This document shows, piece after piece, positions 36,401-48,274 of a stretch of 64,000 bases of DNA. The stretch spans positions 42,286,001 to 42,350,000 of the forward strand of contig NC_087245.1 of NCBI RefSeq assembly GCF_037042905.1, written 5' to 3'. A program made the position numbers and the translations under genes. Within the stretch, counting starts at the first letter, position 1. Each line of letters opens with the position of its first letter. Source of the stretch: Lytechinus pictus. Its lineage: Eukaryota. The notes under the pieces are model-generated. The model had not been told where the DNA came from. It did no database searches and saw only the letters and a list, made by a program, of their open reading frames with translations.

Positions 36401-38169
36401 GCAATGCGACCAAGATCTGTGATGTCACACACGTACAACTCCCTCATTACTTTAGTACTTATTTCACTTATATTCTCACTTTTATAAAGTCTATCACAAG
36501 GTGAGGTGTTCTCTTTATGAGAGGACAAGTACAGAGGTTTCACAACATTATATAATTGATGAATCGTTTGTCATATGATTAGAATGAGCAAAAAGAGATG
36601 TTTTGGGGTATATTTTCAGTGTCCAAAAGGGGAGAGTTGTTCATCTGTGACATCATAGATCTTGGTCACATTGCCAATGGGAGGATCTCCATAGCATTAG
36701 TGATCTCGACATTCAAATGCTCATAACTCTTCTATTGCTAGTCCTATTTTACTCAAACTTTTGTTGATCTTATTCTTTGATTTTTCTGCTTTCACAAAAG
36801 CTAACTTGCTCCAAGAGTTTCATTCTCCTTTAAGGTCTAGATTTAAGTTTCATTGTTAAAATATCTCATCTTCCAGTATATCCCCAAACAGAAAGATGTT
36901 TGTATTTCGTAAGTGACTAAGTGATTCATGCGAGGAATAAATGAAATACAATACCTTGAGCATTGGTTACAGTTCTGTTATTTTTGTAAATTAGATGTTA
37001 TTTGGTTGCCATGGCAATAACTTGAGATGTAATTTACACATTTAGCAACCAAAATATCTTTGTTGAGCACTGTAAAATTAGGGGATTTAAAGATAAATCA
37101 TATTCTACAACTTTTTTTAATCAAAATTTAATTTTTCTGGGGAAAAACAAGCCGTTGCCATGGCAACGGACCAATTGGAACTATCTTGATGATCTTGAAT
37201 ATTTCTAAATTTCATATGTATTCAATTAGGAGCCTGAAAAGTATCATTTTGGTCATTTATATCATGTTTATTTACCATTTACATGGGAATGTATGTTATT
37301 TTGGAGAAATTATTCCGTTGCCATGGCAACGGCCGAAAATGGCATTTATAAATTTACCTCCCATTTTTAAAATAAATCTTATGGCATATACTAATACTTG
37401 TGAAAGTTTCATGCTTTAGACATAATTTGCACAATTGTTCGGCTTATCTGCTCTACTATAGTGAAAAATTCATATTTTTTAAATTTTGTGGTGTATTGCC
37501 TTTGTTTTTTTTCTCAGGATGTTGCTAGTAACCTGATGAAAGAGAACCTTCCCAAAGGAAGGAAAAGTATAACCTCTTGGTTCTGGGGAAGCTCACCCAA
37601 GCCATCTACACCAAAGAAGGTATGATCGTTTAAAACAGAAGAATATTCAAAACTTTCTTGTTATTATCACGCCATGAAGAGCTTTTCCATAGTAAACTTT
37701 TCTGTATGGGCTTTTGTTGGATTAGTGTAAGAAATGGGGTCTTTTATATTTATCATAAATTAGTCACTGCTCTCTCTTTTTAGTTTCTGTATAATTTGCA
37801 AAAGAATGAAAAAGACATTAATTGCAGCTTAAGCCTCCACCCACAATACATGTAGGCGAATGCTGGAGGCATTTTGTTAACAGGTCATCGTTTCTATTTT
37901 CATTCTTGTATTTTGCTTTCAAATTTTGTGCAAGTATGCCCTCTATGTAATAGGAGACAGTATGATGTGATTGTTATTATTATTATTATTATTTTTTTTT
38001 TGGGGGGGGGGTGGGGGTTATCAAAGTGAAAAATTTAAGTGATCAACTTAAAACTATTAATAATAATAAGCGGCCTGCCAACCAGTACGTTTTAGCCGCA
38101 TTTAGTACGTTTTTGCAACCAAAATACGGCAGTACGTTTTTTCTTTGAAAAATACGTTTTTTGTATTAA

Positions 38170-38221
<52 letters not shown>

Positions 38222-41200
38222 TTTTATACTAAATCGTAATTTATTGAGAAAAATAATCTCTATATGTCTCTATTTCATAAAACGTACACAAATATGGTTA
38301 ATAGATCATTTTAATTTCAAGTAACTTTTTTTTCAATCATTTTGTTAAAACCAGTGTGAAGATATACGCATGTTTTAATGGTTTTTTTTTTCATCTGCAG
38401 CTTGAGCGCCGCGATGAGCGAGTGCGCCAAGCATTTTATTATGAAATACACTTTTTTGGGGAAAAATACAGTTTTTTTAATCACAGAATACAGTTTTTTA
38501 TTCCTAGAGGTTGGCAGGTCTGAATAAGCCCATTGTTCAGACAATGACTTTACTTCTACATGTATATCCATCCTCATTCAATTTTTTTTTAAATCAGGAG
38601 CTTGCTACAGACTCATTTCAGGATGATCTCTTGATTCAACAAGAAGAATATGAAAGGTAATTATCAAGCTTTAGGTTTTAGTATACACGTATAAATCTTT
38701 CCCAAGACCACCTAAGAAGAAAATATGTAATCAACTAACATTCCCAAACTCCCCATGGTTTAAGATGAGCTGTACCTGTTTATTTCTGTGATCAATTCTA
38801 ATCTGAGGTCTTTCAACATCGAATTTAGATTTTATGCCCCTCACCGCTCCTTCAATGTCGAATTTAGATTTTGTGCCCCTCACCGCTCTTTCAACATTGA
38901 AGTTAGATTTTGTGCCCCTCACAGCACGGGATTTATGTAGTGACTGAGAAGATAATCAAATCAAATTAAGTTAAACTTTCGTTTGATCTTTTGAGGACAC
39001 TCTAGGGATTTGAGAAATTTGACTTTGTATACAGTCACAATCGGCCTTTGTGGGTAACACAGTGATGTTAAGACTGACGTGATAGTAGACTGACGTTAGG
39101 ACCGACGTGATGGTAGATCAAATAATAGACCAAATGTATTTGAATATTTAAAAACCAAGTCGTTATAAACTCAAAATGGGTTGGAGATGCGAATTATTTG
39201 ATTATTTATTTGTTCACAATAAATAATAGTTGTTACTGGCTTGTATTGCTTTAGTGGTGTTTTGATCCCGAAATAAAGTGGTTATATCTCACAATTCTCG
39301 AAACTATAATCCTGATCTCATGACCATCACCATGGTAGCTCACAAGATACACTCACACTTCAAGTACCTCCCACACAGGACTATGAGATCAATTCAGCCC
39401 CACAACTATGGAACAAATATATACAAATAGTAATTGACGTATAAGAATTATTGTACAACGCCTACTTAGCTTGTTGTACGCAAGCAAACGAGAGGCTGAA
39501 TGTCAAACATTCGTACCGTTGCACACACGACGTACCATCCAAAATGTACCGTTGCACGGCCGGCCTTAGAATGTTACGTCACAATACGATTTTATTCATT
39601 GCGCTCAGTAAAATGAAGGTGCAATATACGCGTATAGCTAGCCTGCTGGCTAAATGCGCAATGCTGCCCAAGGTCATGTGCGCTTGTGGGATTTTGCGTT
39701 TCGCTCTCAATATTTTTGCTCCCTTTTCATAGATTACTGCAGGGAAAACCCCTTATTTTTTAAATATTTTCGCTAGATTCTGAGGCGTTGTACAACACAA
39801 ATAGCGAATATTCACATTCGTGCAATGGTGCGATATTTCGCATTTGGTGAAAGAAAGAAACACTCTATTCAACTCGGCTAACGCCTCGTTGAATCGAGCA
39901 TCTTTCTTTCACCATCGCACTCATGCCTAAGACCCATTCTAAGTACCATCCCTGTTTCAATTCTTGGTTTCAGTACTATGCAGAGGAAGGACTCCATAGA
40001 ATCTGGTCCAAACTCTGCAGACGAAATGGAGATGGCCGGAGAGAAATCGCAGAGGATGAGAAGAGGAACAGAGAGATATAAGAAAGCCATCAGACTGTCA
40101 TCTGAACAACTGGTATGTGCAATCCTTTCCTGACATTTATTCTTATACATGTTCTTTCTTTGATAGTATTTTATCCTTTTTGACATACCCGTGTGCAAAT
40201 TTTTGCTGCAATCGCAATGAGCGGCTGAAGGGGGGGGGGGCAATTTGGACCCCCCCTAGTAATAACCGGGTCTGAAGTGACTCAATTAAAATCGGGTTGA
40301 GCAGAACTACTTTTTCTGCATTTTGTGTCTTGGAGCAAAAAAAGAATGAAAGAGGTGTCTTTTGGTAAACATGTGTGATTTCATCCTATTAATAGTTGGG
40401 ATGGATTTCTTATATAAAAGAACTTGTAATCGAGTCGAAAACGCAGCCCCATAAGCATTACCAGATTTATGCTGGCAAAAACGGGCAGCATAAATAGATA
40501 ACAAGACCAGAATACAGTGAAAAGGTTAGAGGTTAGACATGTTGTATAGTCTTTGTGTTGTGCATGGTTGTATGATGATGTCATGATGTTGGTTACATGT
40601 GTCACTGTATTCTGACCTTGCTCGCTCGACTGCTCACACTCGAGGCATAGGTGAACCTCCCTGATATACCTGTGTAGAGTTAAAGTGGCTTTTGGTCACA
40701 GATAGTAAAAACCAGGGGCCGATTGCACGAAAGGGTCTTTGCAAGGACCGTCTTTCGTGTCGCCCGTTTTTTATGATGCGCCATGTGAAACGCATTTCAA
40801 ATAAATTATCTGCAATCATATTTTATTCGTCCGTTAAAATAAACAAACTATTTGTTTATAAAATGATGTGATATCTCACAAAGTTGTATAAATTTGATTT
40901 AAAAGCAAGCTTACGAATTGTATTTGTTTATCATAAATTTCAGAAACACCCCGCTTATAGCGCATCATAAAAGATGGGCGACACGAAAGACGGTCCTTGG
41001 AAAGACCCTTTCGTGCAATCGGCCCCATAACATCTGATGGAAATCATGCATTAAACATCAGCTTTCTGACCAATGAACCGTCGGGCCATTCAAGTTTACT
41101 TTGCATATTCAAATTTTAGTTCTTGGTCATAATGAAGCTTTCCTATTGTATTGAAACCAGTAGATTGATTCCTCAATTGTATTGTAACTCCCACTGAATT

Positions 41201-44200
41201 ACCCTCGATGTTGTTAGGCTCCTAAACAACATCAGTGTTCCTGGACAATTGAAAAGTTTATGTATTCAAATTATCTGGCAAGTTTACATGTGAATAACAA
41301 CCCCTCCTCTGATCTCCTTATTTGCCTCATAGATCTCCTTATTTGCCTCATAGATCTCCTTCTTTGCCTCATACAATGTAGATCTCCTTATTTGCCTCAT
41401 AGATCTCCTTATTTGCTTCATAGATCTCCTTATTTGCCCCATAGATCTCCTTATTTGCCTCATAGATCTCCTTATTTGCTTCATAGATCTCCTTATTTGC
41501 CCCATAGATCTCCTTATTTGCCTCATAGACCTCCTTATTTGCCTCATAGAACTCCTTGTTTGCCACATTTGCCACATAGATGAATCTAGATTTCAGAACT
41601 GGTTGCTTACAAGAAGAATAAAAGTACTTTCAGTGGGTTATGAAATGGGCCAGGCATACATGAAACCCTCCGTTAGAAATTACCATATAAACAAAATTAG
41701 TCTGTTGGCTGCAGAGCTTGTATTGTTGTACCCAGACAATATGTACTTGACTTGAATGTTTTCAAACAATGGCCTTTCCAGGGAACCTAGAAACAAGGCA
41801 TTCCTTTCACCTGTAGATGCCTGATAATCTGGTATTCCAAATTAAGAACAACCTTGTTTGTGCATGGAATGTGCTGTTGTGTGTATTTGGGTGTGCTTGC
41901 AATCAGGCAATGCAACTGAAAGGCAAGTCTAAAGCCCCCATCACACTTATTCCGAATCAAGCAGAATTGGCCTGAATGAAAGGACTATTGTTTGACCACC
42001 AGTTGGTCATTCAAATCTACTTGGAACACCGTTCGAAAATACCCCTCGAATGTTTTGAACATGACCAAAACCTTCGGGACGGCCAAAAGAAATGACAAAA
42101 ATATTTCGAATGCACCCAGAATGCAGTCAGAATATTTAGAATGCGCCTAGAATGTCCAAGAATGTTGCACGAATTATCAATCTGACTCCATTGCGGCTCA
42201 TTTTGACTAGTGTATGATGATTCACCTGGTCAATTTACTGAATTTGAACTCCAGTTTGGTGAATTCATAAGTTCCTCCCAAAAATTTCTAGATTTTTTTC
42301 GTTCCAGCTTCTGCTTGATTCCTGCTGATTCCGAATAAGTGTGATGGGGGTTTAACAAATTGATTTATGAATGAGAGGGAAGAGATTACCATTTTCAATT
42401 ATATGATTTGATGCATATTTTTTTCGTTTTTGTTTTCCATAGGCTAAATTGAATCTCCAGCCGGGAGCTAATGAGATCCGATATTCAGTGACAACTCGTT
42501 ACCAGGGTACATGTGTGTGTGAATGTACCATCTACTACTGGAACTACAACACCAAAATCATCATCTCAGATATCGATGGTACTATTACAAAGTAAGATCA
42601 TTAGGCCCATAGCGCTCTGATTTGATTGTGAAGGATATAAAGTAAAAGCGTGTTTTATTGATTGAAATGTGACATCTGCATATTCATATCATTTATATAA
42701 AACTCCTCAAGTATGGAGTGTGCTGAAATTTTCTGGAAATCTTGTACTGGTATTTAGTTTTGGTAAATTTCCCCAAACGTTCATGTCATATTCCAACTCG
42801 TTGCTAGGTTTTATTAATGCGTGTACCACAAACAGTTATGGTGTGAAAGATATGAATGAAAAATGTATTTAATTGGATAAATATACTGATTGTACATCAA
42901 AACTGTATTAGATCAGATTTCCATCGTAAAAAAAATCCCCAATGAAACACAAAAGATGAAAAAACAACGAAATACATTAAAAAATTTGGCTTTCACAATT
43001 TTTCTGTGTGGAAACTAAACTGGGCTATGTCATACCAGGATATACTTGAGGGGGTGGGGGTCCATTTGACCCCCCCTCAGATCTCGGCTTGTGATTACGC
43101 GATCGCCGTGAAAATTTGCACATGCGTAGAGCCAGATGTAAACTACAATACTGTGTTGTAAAATTTTCAAGAAATCAATTATTTATATTTTTTAAATTAT
43201 GCAAATAAGCATATGAAATTTGCCCTAAATTTAATAAGGGTAAAATAAGATAACAAAGATGACATCTGGGGAAAAAATGAAAATTTGAAGTGAAATTGGG
43301 TGTTACATATGCAAATAATGTTTTTCATGAATATATTTGCATATTTGATTCATAATGAAAAAGAAATTCAGTATTGCTTAATTTCTTTTGTATCTTCTCA
43401 GGTCGGATGTCTTCGGTCAGATCTTGCCCGTGCTAGGTAAGGACTGGACGCACATCGGCGTTGCACAGCTCTACTCCAACATCAAGCTCAATGGCTACAG
43501 CTTCCTCTATCTGTCGTCCAGGGCCATCGGTCAAGCCAGGCTGACCAAGGGCTATCTTAACAGTATTCAGCAGGACAAAGCTTCATTACCCGATGGCCCT
43601 CTTTTGCTGAACCCCAGTTCTCTCTTCCAAGCATTCCATAGGTAGGTGTCAGGCAAAATTTTTTATTTTGGGGGTTAATATTGCCTGAATGTTCAAATTT
43701 AAGTGTTGTCATTTGCAGTAAATGGGGATTTTCCAGGGTTTTTTTTATAGCAAAATGACCCCAAAGCCCATGTAATTTTTCTCGTGTAGGTATACCAGCC
43801 ATTCACACTTTATTGGCCTTCAAGCAAAGGGTTTTTTTATTTTTATTATTAATAGATTTTTCCCTCTTGTTGGATGGACAACTTGGCATGGGTTGATAAA
43901 AAATATCAGAGTGCGCACACCTTTCCACGTGTTGAATAGCTTACTGTAAATTAAGTACAAAACAAAAAAAAAATTATTATATAGAATGTACACCAGAGTT
44001 AGAGAAATTAAAAAAAGTGATTTCAGGTTACAATTTTTTTTTCCAATTCATATTTTTCCTGAGGGGCGAACCCCCAAGAGAAAATAGTAATTTTGCCAGT
44101 ACAACCATGAATAATTTCCTCTGTACCTTCGTAATATTTGTGTTATAGATCTTGATAATCTAGTTCTTGTACACGTAGTTCATGCTTTATAATCTGAACC

Positions 44201-46195
44201 AAAATATTGATAACGCGCTGCACTGACAGATATTTTCCTAAAGCCACGCGCTCAGCGGAGCGTGGATTTGTGCCTTCCCGTCCCTTCGCAGGACTTGCCT
44301 GGTTGGTTGAGTCACCTCACTGACCGGTGCGCCCCAAAAATTGCATGATCTGTGACGTCAATGATGGAATATCATTGGTGCACTGTTCCATCATGGATAG
44401 TAGTAAATTTTCTTTAGTGGGTGTTTCTTTTTTCAACATCGTCGCAAAATAGTAAGAATATGTTAGGTCACATGATGCTATTTAGACCAATCAGCATACA
44501 GTATTTAATTTCTGTAGGATATAATGTAAATTATGACCATTTTAATACTGATGGGTGCGCTATCATTATAGATACATATTGGGTGACGTAACAAAAATGG
44601 GGCGAGTTCTAGACGCATGGCCCTGTTTCTGCAAAAGCAGTGCGCATTTCATCATATAATACAGTTTTTCATTCCTCGAGGTCTGGTATGAACCATTCTC
44701 ATGCTCAATCTTATCTAATCATGTGTGAATTTTCTCTGTTTTTCACAGTGAGGTGATAATCAGAAAACCAGAGGAATTCAAGATCAAGTGTCTGAAAGAC
44801 ATTGAATCTCTCTTCCCATCTGGCGGCAAGCCGTTCTATGCTGGCTATGGCAACAGAATCAACGTGAGTACAATCATATCATTGTTTGTGGTATGTTTAC
44901 ATTTTGTATTATAGATGAAGGATTTGATTTGATTCAGACCAGGGGGGCGTTTCATGAAAGGACTTGTCGGACGTTTTATCTGACAAGTCCCATTTTATCC
45001 GACAATTACCATAGTAACAGTACCTCTCAGCCAATCAACATCAGAGAAAGATGTCAGATCTGACAACTTGTCAGATGTAAATGTTGATGAAACACTCCTC
45101 AGGATATAGATCTAGGCCACTGATTGCTGTGAAAAATTTGCACTCGCCTGGAGCCGGATGTAAACAATGTAAAGTTTTTTAAAAATTGTTTTATATTTAA
45201 TCATATGAAATTTGCCCTAAATTTGTGTGTTTTTCATCTAACAAATATCTACACAAAATTGCCGAAACACAAATTGTTATTTTTGATGAACTTTGTCAGG
45301 GATCTTTTTGCGATCATAGATGGCATAAAATAAATCCATTTAAACCAACGGAAGTGACTTTCATGATTTTGGGTTGAAAAGCACAATTTGCATTCATGGA
45401 ATCACGTTTTTGAGCAATTTTGGGTCTGGCATGCGCTTACAAAATGTTGTGTAATTTTGGAACTGCGTATTTGGGCATCGCAAATTTCATCTCAAAAGAT
45501 GCGCAAGTCTTGTATGTAAAAAAGTCAAACAATTTCTTGCAGCGGCATAGTGATGAAATTGCAAAATTGACCTTCCCCAATAAAAAGGGTTAATGTAGTG
45601 TAAGCTGACAAAATGGCCAAAAAAGTTCGCTTGAAGGTATTGCTAATGTATTGTATGTGTGACAAAATGTGGCAACGAATCCATCATTGTATTTTCTTTC
45701 TTGGACACATGGGCTGTTGGTATTTACTACTTGAGTTAATAATAAACACAAGGGAAAGGTCATCTGTGAAATAACAATATTTTGACTTCATGCTTTTTTT
45801 ACAGGATACGTGGGCATATCGAGCTGTTGGTATCCCCGTCTCTCGTATCTTTACCATCAACCCCCAGGGGAAGGTCACCCATGAAATGACAAAGACATTC
45901 CAATCATCGTAAGTATCCAGAGTGATGATATATAAGGAAGCTTGTTTAGATATTGTAGTAAATTCTTGAGATATCTCTGAACTCATTGACAGTTGCACTT
46001 ACGAATCATTTCATCGTTCATCTCTTCATGTCTAGGTATCCAAGAATGAAAGACTTGGTGGACCATGTGTTTCCGCTTCTTCACCGGCAGACCAGAATGG
46101 CCTTTGATGCTCCTGCGGAGTACAGTGGATTCACCTACTGGCGGAACCCTCTGCCTAATATTGCCCCCGATGATGAACTCCTCAAGTTGCCATGA
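24231..46195 (+). CDS. LPIN: Lipin, phosphatidate phosphatase (whole gene span; 16 coding exons, 966 aa, or 986 aa with the cassette exon)
   Basis: N-LIP (MNYVG...[15 protein letters not shown]...[18 protein letters not shown]), polybasic [16 protein letters not shown] (ELSLCGGL...[20 protein letters not shown]) and C-LIP with catalytic DIDGT. All introns are GT-AG with compatible phases; exon lengths sum to 2901 nt. Confidence 0.97.
24599..25160. mobile_element. Kolobok-like MITE family B, copy 2
   Basis: TTAA|AGGACAAGTCCACC ... GGTGGACTTGACCT|TTAA. Confidence 0.85.
26743..27264 (+). mobile_element. hAT-like MITE with 6-bp TSD, copy 1
   Basis: cccttg|ctgacctgccaa ... ttggcagctctg|cccttg; homologous to 38071-38522 and 61884-62313. 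Confidence 0.85.
27557..27649 (+). CDS. LPIN: Lipin coding exon 2
   Basis: ttacag|[31 protein letters not shown]|gtatgt. Confidence 0.95.
28326..29107 (+). CDS. LPIN: Lipin coding exon 3 (Ser-rich, NLS)
   Basis: tgcag|[13 protein letters not shown]...RAKRRRRKS...[10 protein letters not shown]|gtttgt. Confidence 0.93.
29731..29863 (+). CDS. LPIN: Lipin coding exon 4
   Basis: acacag|(S)[14 protein letters not shown]...WNWGELPE|gtaaat. Confidence 0.93.
31247..31306 (+). CDS. LPIN: Candidate lipin cassette exon (60 nt, phase 0-0)
   Basis: ctatag|[20 protein letters not shown]|gtacat; frame-preserving, no stop, with a YGCY cluster downstream. Confidence 0.55.
32621..32823 (+). CDS. LPIN: Lipin coding exon 5
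   Basis: gtgtag|QPSDNK...[23 protein letters not shown]|gtacac. Confidence 0.93.
33337..33543 (+). CDS. LPIN: Lipin coding exon 6
   Basis: tttcag|...[10 protein letters not shown]...CADT|gtaagt; phase 2-2. Confidence 0.9.
34381..34451 (+). CDS. LPIN: Lipin coding exon 7
   Basis: ttacag|[23 protein letters not shown]|gtaagt. Confidence 0.93.
35006..35169 (+). CDS. LPIN: Lipin coding exon 8
   Basis: ttacag|[12 protein letters not shown]...LAFQKPLPV|gtaagt. Confidence 0.93.
35482..36243. mobile_element. piggyBac-like MITE
   Basis: TTAA|CCCTAA ... TTAGGG|TTAA, with subterminal ggggggttgaatcaacccccc palindromes at both ends. Degraded relatives at about 43020-43370, 45110-45593, 47638-48260 and 51809-52460. 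Confidence 0.85.
36248..36829 (-). mobile_element. Kolobok-like MITE family A, copy 2 (inverted)
   Basis: TTAA flanks; reverse complement of 5494-6076. Confidence 0.9.
37518..37619 (+). CDS. LPIN: Lipin coding exon 9
   Basis: tctcag|[24 protein letters not shown]...KK|gtatga. Confidence 0.9.
38071..38522 (+). mobile_element. hAT-like MITE with 6-bp TSD, copy 2
   Basis: aataag|cggcctgccaacc ... ggttggcaggtctg|aataag; internal (TA)n. Confidence 0.85.
38598..38656 (+). CDS. LPIN: Lipin coding exon 10
   Basis: aatcag|[19 protein letters not shown]|gtaatt; supplies the required phase 0->2 change. Confidence 0.85.
38812..38922 (+). repeat. 39-bp tandem repeat, about 3 copies
   Basis: ttcaacatcgaatttagattttatgcccctcaccgctcc-like units at 38812, 38851 and 38890. 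Confidence 0.85.
39974..40112 (+). CDS. LPIN: Lipin coding exon 11
   Basis: tttcag|...[14 protein letters not shown]|gtatgt. Confidence 0.93.
40715..41026. mobile_element. Hairpin MITE with ~70-bp TIRs (Harbinger-like GGGGCC ends)
   Basis: ggggccgattgcacgaaagggtcttt... / ...aaagaccctttcgtgcaatcggcccc; partial relative at about 51600-51800. Confidence 0.8.
41310..41580 (+). repeat. 21-bp minisatellite, about 12 copies
   Basis: Head-to-tail (atagatctccttatttgcctc)n, no spacers. Confidence 0.95.
41933..42352. mobile_element. Harbinger-like MITE
   Basis: TAA|agcccccatcacacttattc ... gaataagtgtgatgggggtt|TAA. Confidence 0.75.
42443..42591 (+). CDS. LPIN: Lipin coding exon 12 (catalytic DIDGT)
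   Basis: ccatag|[22 protein letters not shown]...[11 protein letters not shown]|gtaaga. Confidence 0.96.
43402..43641 (+). CDS. LPIN: Lipin coding exon 13
   Basis: tctcag|[17 protein letters not shown]...YLSSRAIGQ...[13 protein letters not shown]|gtaggt. Confidence 0.96.
44749..44863 (+). CDS. LPIN: Lipin coding exon 14
   Basis: tcacag|[15 protein letters not shown]...[11 protein letters not shown]|gtgagt. Confidence 0.95.
44940..45103. mobile_element. Short MITE with X-box/CCAAT core (best-preserved copy of a family)
   Basis: caggggggcgtttcat ... atgaaacactcctcag. Degenerate relatives at about 30000-30135, 30570-30725, 32910-33045, 33655-33790 and 62610-62755. Confidence 0.65.
45805..45908 (+). 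CDS. LPIN: Lipin coding exon 15
   Basis: ttacag|[22 protein letters not shown]...FQS|gtaagt. Confidence 0.95.
46036..46195 (+). CDS. LPIN: Lipin terminal coding exon 16
   Basis: tctag|[13 protein letters not shown]...[13 protein letters not shown]...KLP*. Confidence 0.95.
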
Positions 46196-48274
46196 AGTAC
46201 CATGTATTTTTTACTTCTCCAATTGCAGACCAGAATGGCCTTTGATGCGATCAGCTTTATGTGCAGACTTGCAGTCAATCCCCGTGTTTCCAACCGAATT
46301 GTCCAGTTTTTGAAGTTTTTATTTCCCTACATAACTGAACATTCAGATTTGGGTGTCAATTTCTGTATTCAGGTTGAGCAAACACACTCAGGTACAGTAA
46401 TTCTTGAGGGTGATTTTTTGTCTCAAGGTATGCAAGTCCAAAAATGCAAAAGCTCGCTACCATGGGCCCATGAGGGACAACTCCCCCACTCCCTCCCTCC
46501 TCCCCCCTCCGTCAATTTACTCCCTTGCAATAATTTGTTCTGTTTTCTGCATTTCAAATGTTGGCAAATCTGCAACTGTGGGGTACTAATAAAGTCATAT
46601 ATAGTGTTAACCATGCAGGAAACACATGGTCAAGATGATTAGTAGTAGTTGAAAGCGATTTTTAACAAGCTTTGTGAAATAAGGCCTTGATAGAGGGAAC
46701 CCATTGAATGTAAAGATATCAACCGAGTGCTGCTATGTCTGACATTGCCTGCGTATCGCACGTCTTTCAGGTACATCATAGTAGCTTCTGTATTCAATGT
46801 GTGGTCGTTGCTTTCACTGTATGATGGAGTTGTGTAAATATGGAACGTGTGTTGCCAAATTCTCAGGATAAATATTGAGATTATATGATAACTCATATAT
46901 CGAAAAGGCATATGAAATAGTGAGCCTGTTGGTAGAGTATCACAGTCACAGTCTGTAAGCAGTGCGAGGTATCTACCCGATTATGCAATTTATAAGCATC
47001 CACTTTTGATAGAAAATCATGTATGATCGTACATGGGTCCAAATGTTATGCAGAATTTGGATGCGTATGAAAGTGAAAGTTGTTTCTTTTCAGATAATTT
47101 GCTGCAATTGTTGAGAAACAGATATTTTGCTGCAATTGTTGAGCTGATCTAGTCTTTTTGTCAAAAGTGGGCATTATAGTACTATTAATTTTGCAAAAAT
47201 CTTGTGTATTATTTTATACAATAGTGATATAATGTGTTGCATCTTATGTGCTTGCATATAATGTTATATTTTGAGCTTCCATAAAAAAAGTATATATTAG
47301 AGCTATTTAAAGTAACATACGGCTCACTTTTATTGTCTCACCCGGTGAAGGCGAGACTTGGGGATCCAAATGTCGTTTGCACATTATGACACACAACTCC
47401 GCAACCGTAAGTCACTTTTCACCCAAATTTGGGTTGTAGTTGTACTGAGATGACCTGCATGTCATCGGGCGATCAGAGGTCACATGGTAAGGCCAACATT
47501 GAGGACTGTTAGTCCATCCCAGTCCCAGTCATTTCACAATGCTGTTGTGTGTCCTTGCAAAACGTGGCGACATATATTTCCCCTGATGAAAACTTAATTT
47601 TTTAAGCTGCTAGCATATGACATTTTAAATTCTTTAACCCTATCGAGGCTGGGGTATTTTGGGAGTTCATATGGCCCGGAGGGGGGGGGGGGCGGCGCTC
47701 CCAGTCCCCCCTTTACATCTTGGCCGTTGACTGCGCGATCGCACCGAAAATTGGCACGCAGGTTGTCTGGGACATAATCTACAAAATTGTATAGTAATTT
47801 ATTTCATGCAAATTGCTATTAAGCAATTATGCTAATTTATGAGAATTAGTATGCGAAATCATACTTTTCCCCTCTAACTCCCCAAATAAAGCTCCAAATG
47901 TTCTAATTTTTGGTATAAAAACTCTTTGTGGTGTTCCTAGCAAAGTGTACGTGAAAAAATTGCGATATCAATTCCTTATGTATTTCTTTGTTTTTGGACC
48001 TTTTGTTTGGGACTCTTCTGAGATCATAAACAGCATAAAATGAATACATTTAGACCAGCAAAACTAAAAATAATCATATATTTATGATTTTTGGTTGCAA
48101 TTTTTGGTCTGACAAGCACTCACATAATGTTGCGTAATTTCGGAACCGCGTATCTGGGCGACGCAAAACTGATCTCAAAAGTTGCAAAAGACTTGAAAGT
48201 AAAAAGTCACCGAGCAACGAGGTCAAAAAATTTCATTCAGCGAAAAATATTGCTCGGATCGTTGAACTTCCCTA

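Noticed and set aside
39430..39935. Possible Crypton-like or other non-TIR element (also about 43980-44710)
   Set aside because: CpG-rich with short hairpins and probably repeat-derived, but I could not define termini or a TSD.
41260..41583. Heptad-repeat ORFs (EIYEANK)n / (HRSPYLP)n as a coiled-coil or extra lipin exon
   Set aside because: Translation of a 21-bp intronic minisatellite; lipin exons 11 and 12 join without it.
46202..46642. 146-aa ORF after the lipin stop
   Set aside because: 3' UTR sequence; only QTRMAFDA matches lipin, because of the local duplication.
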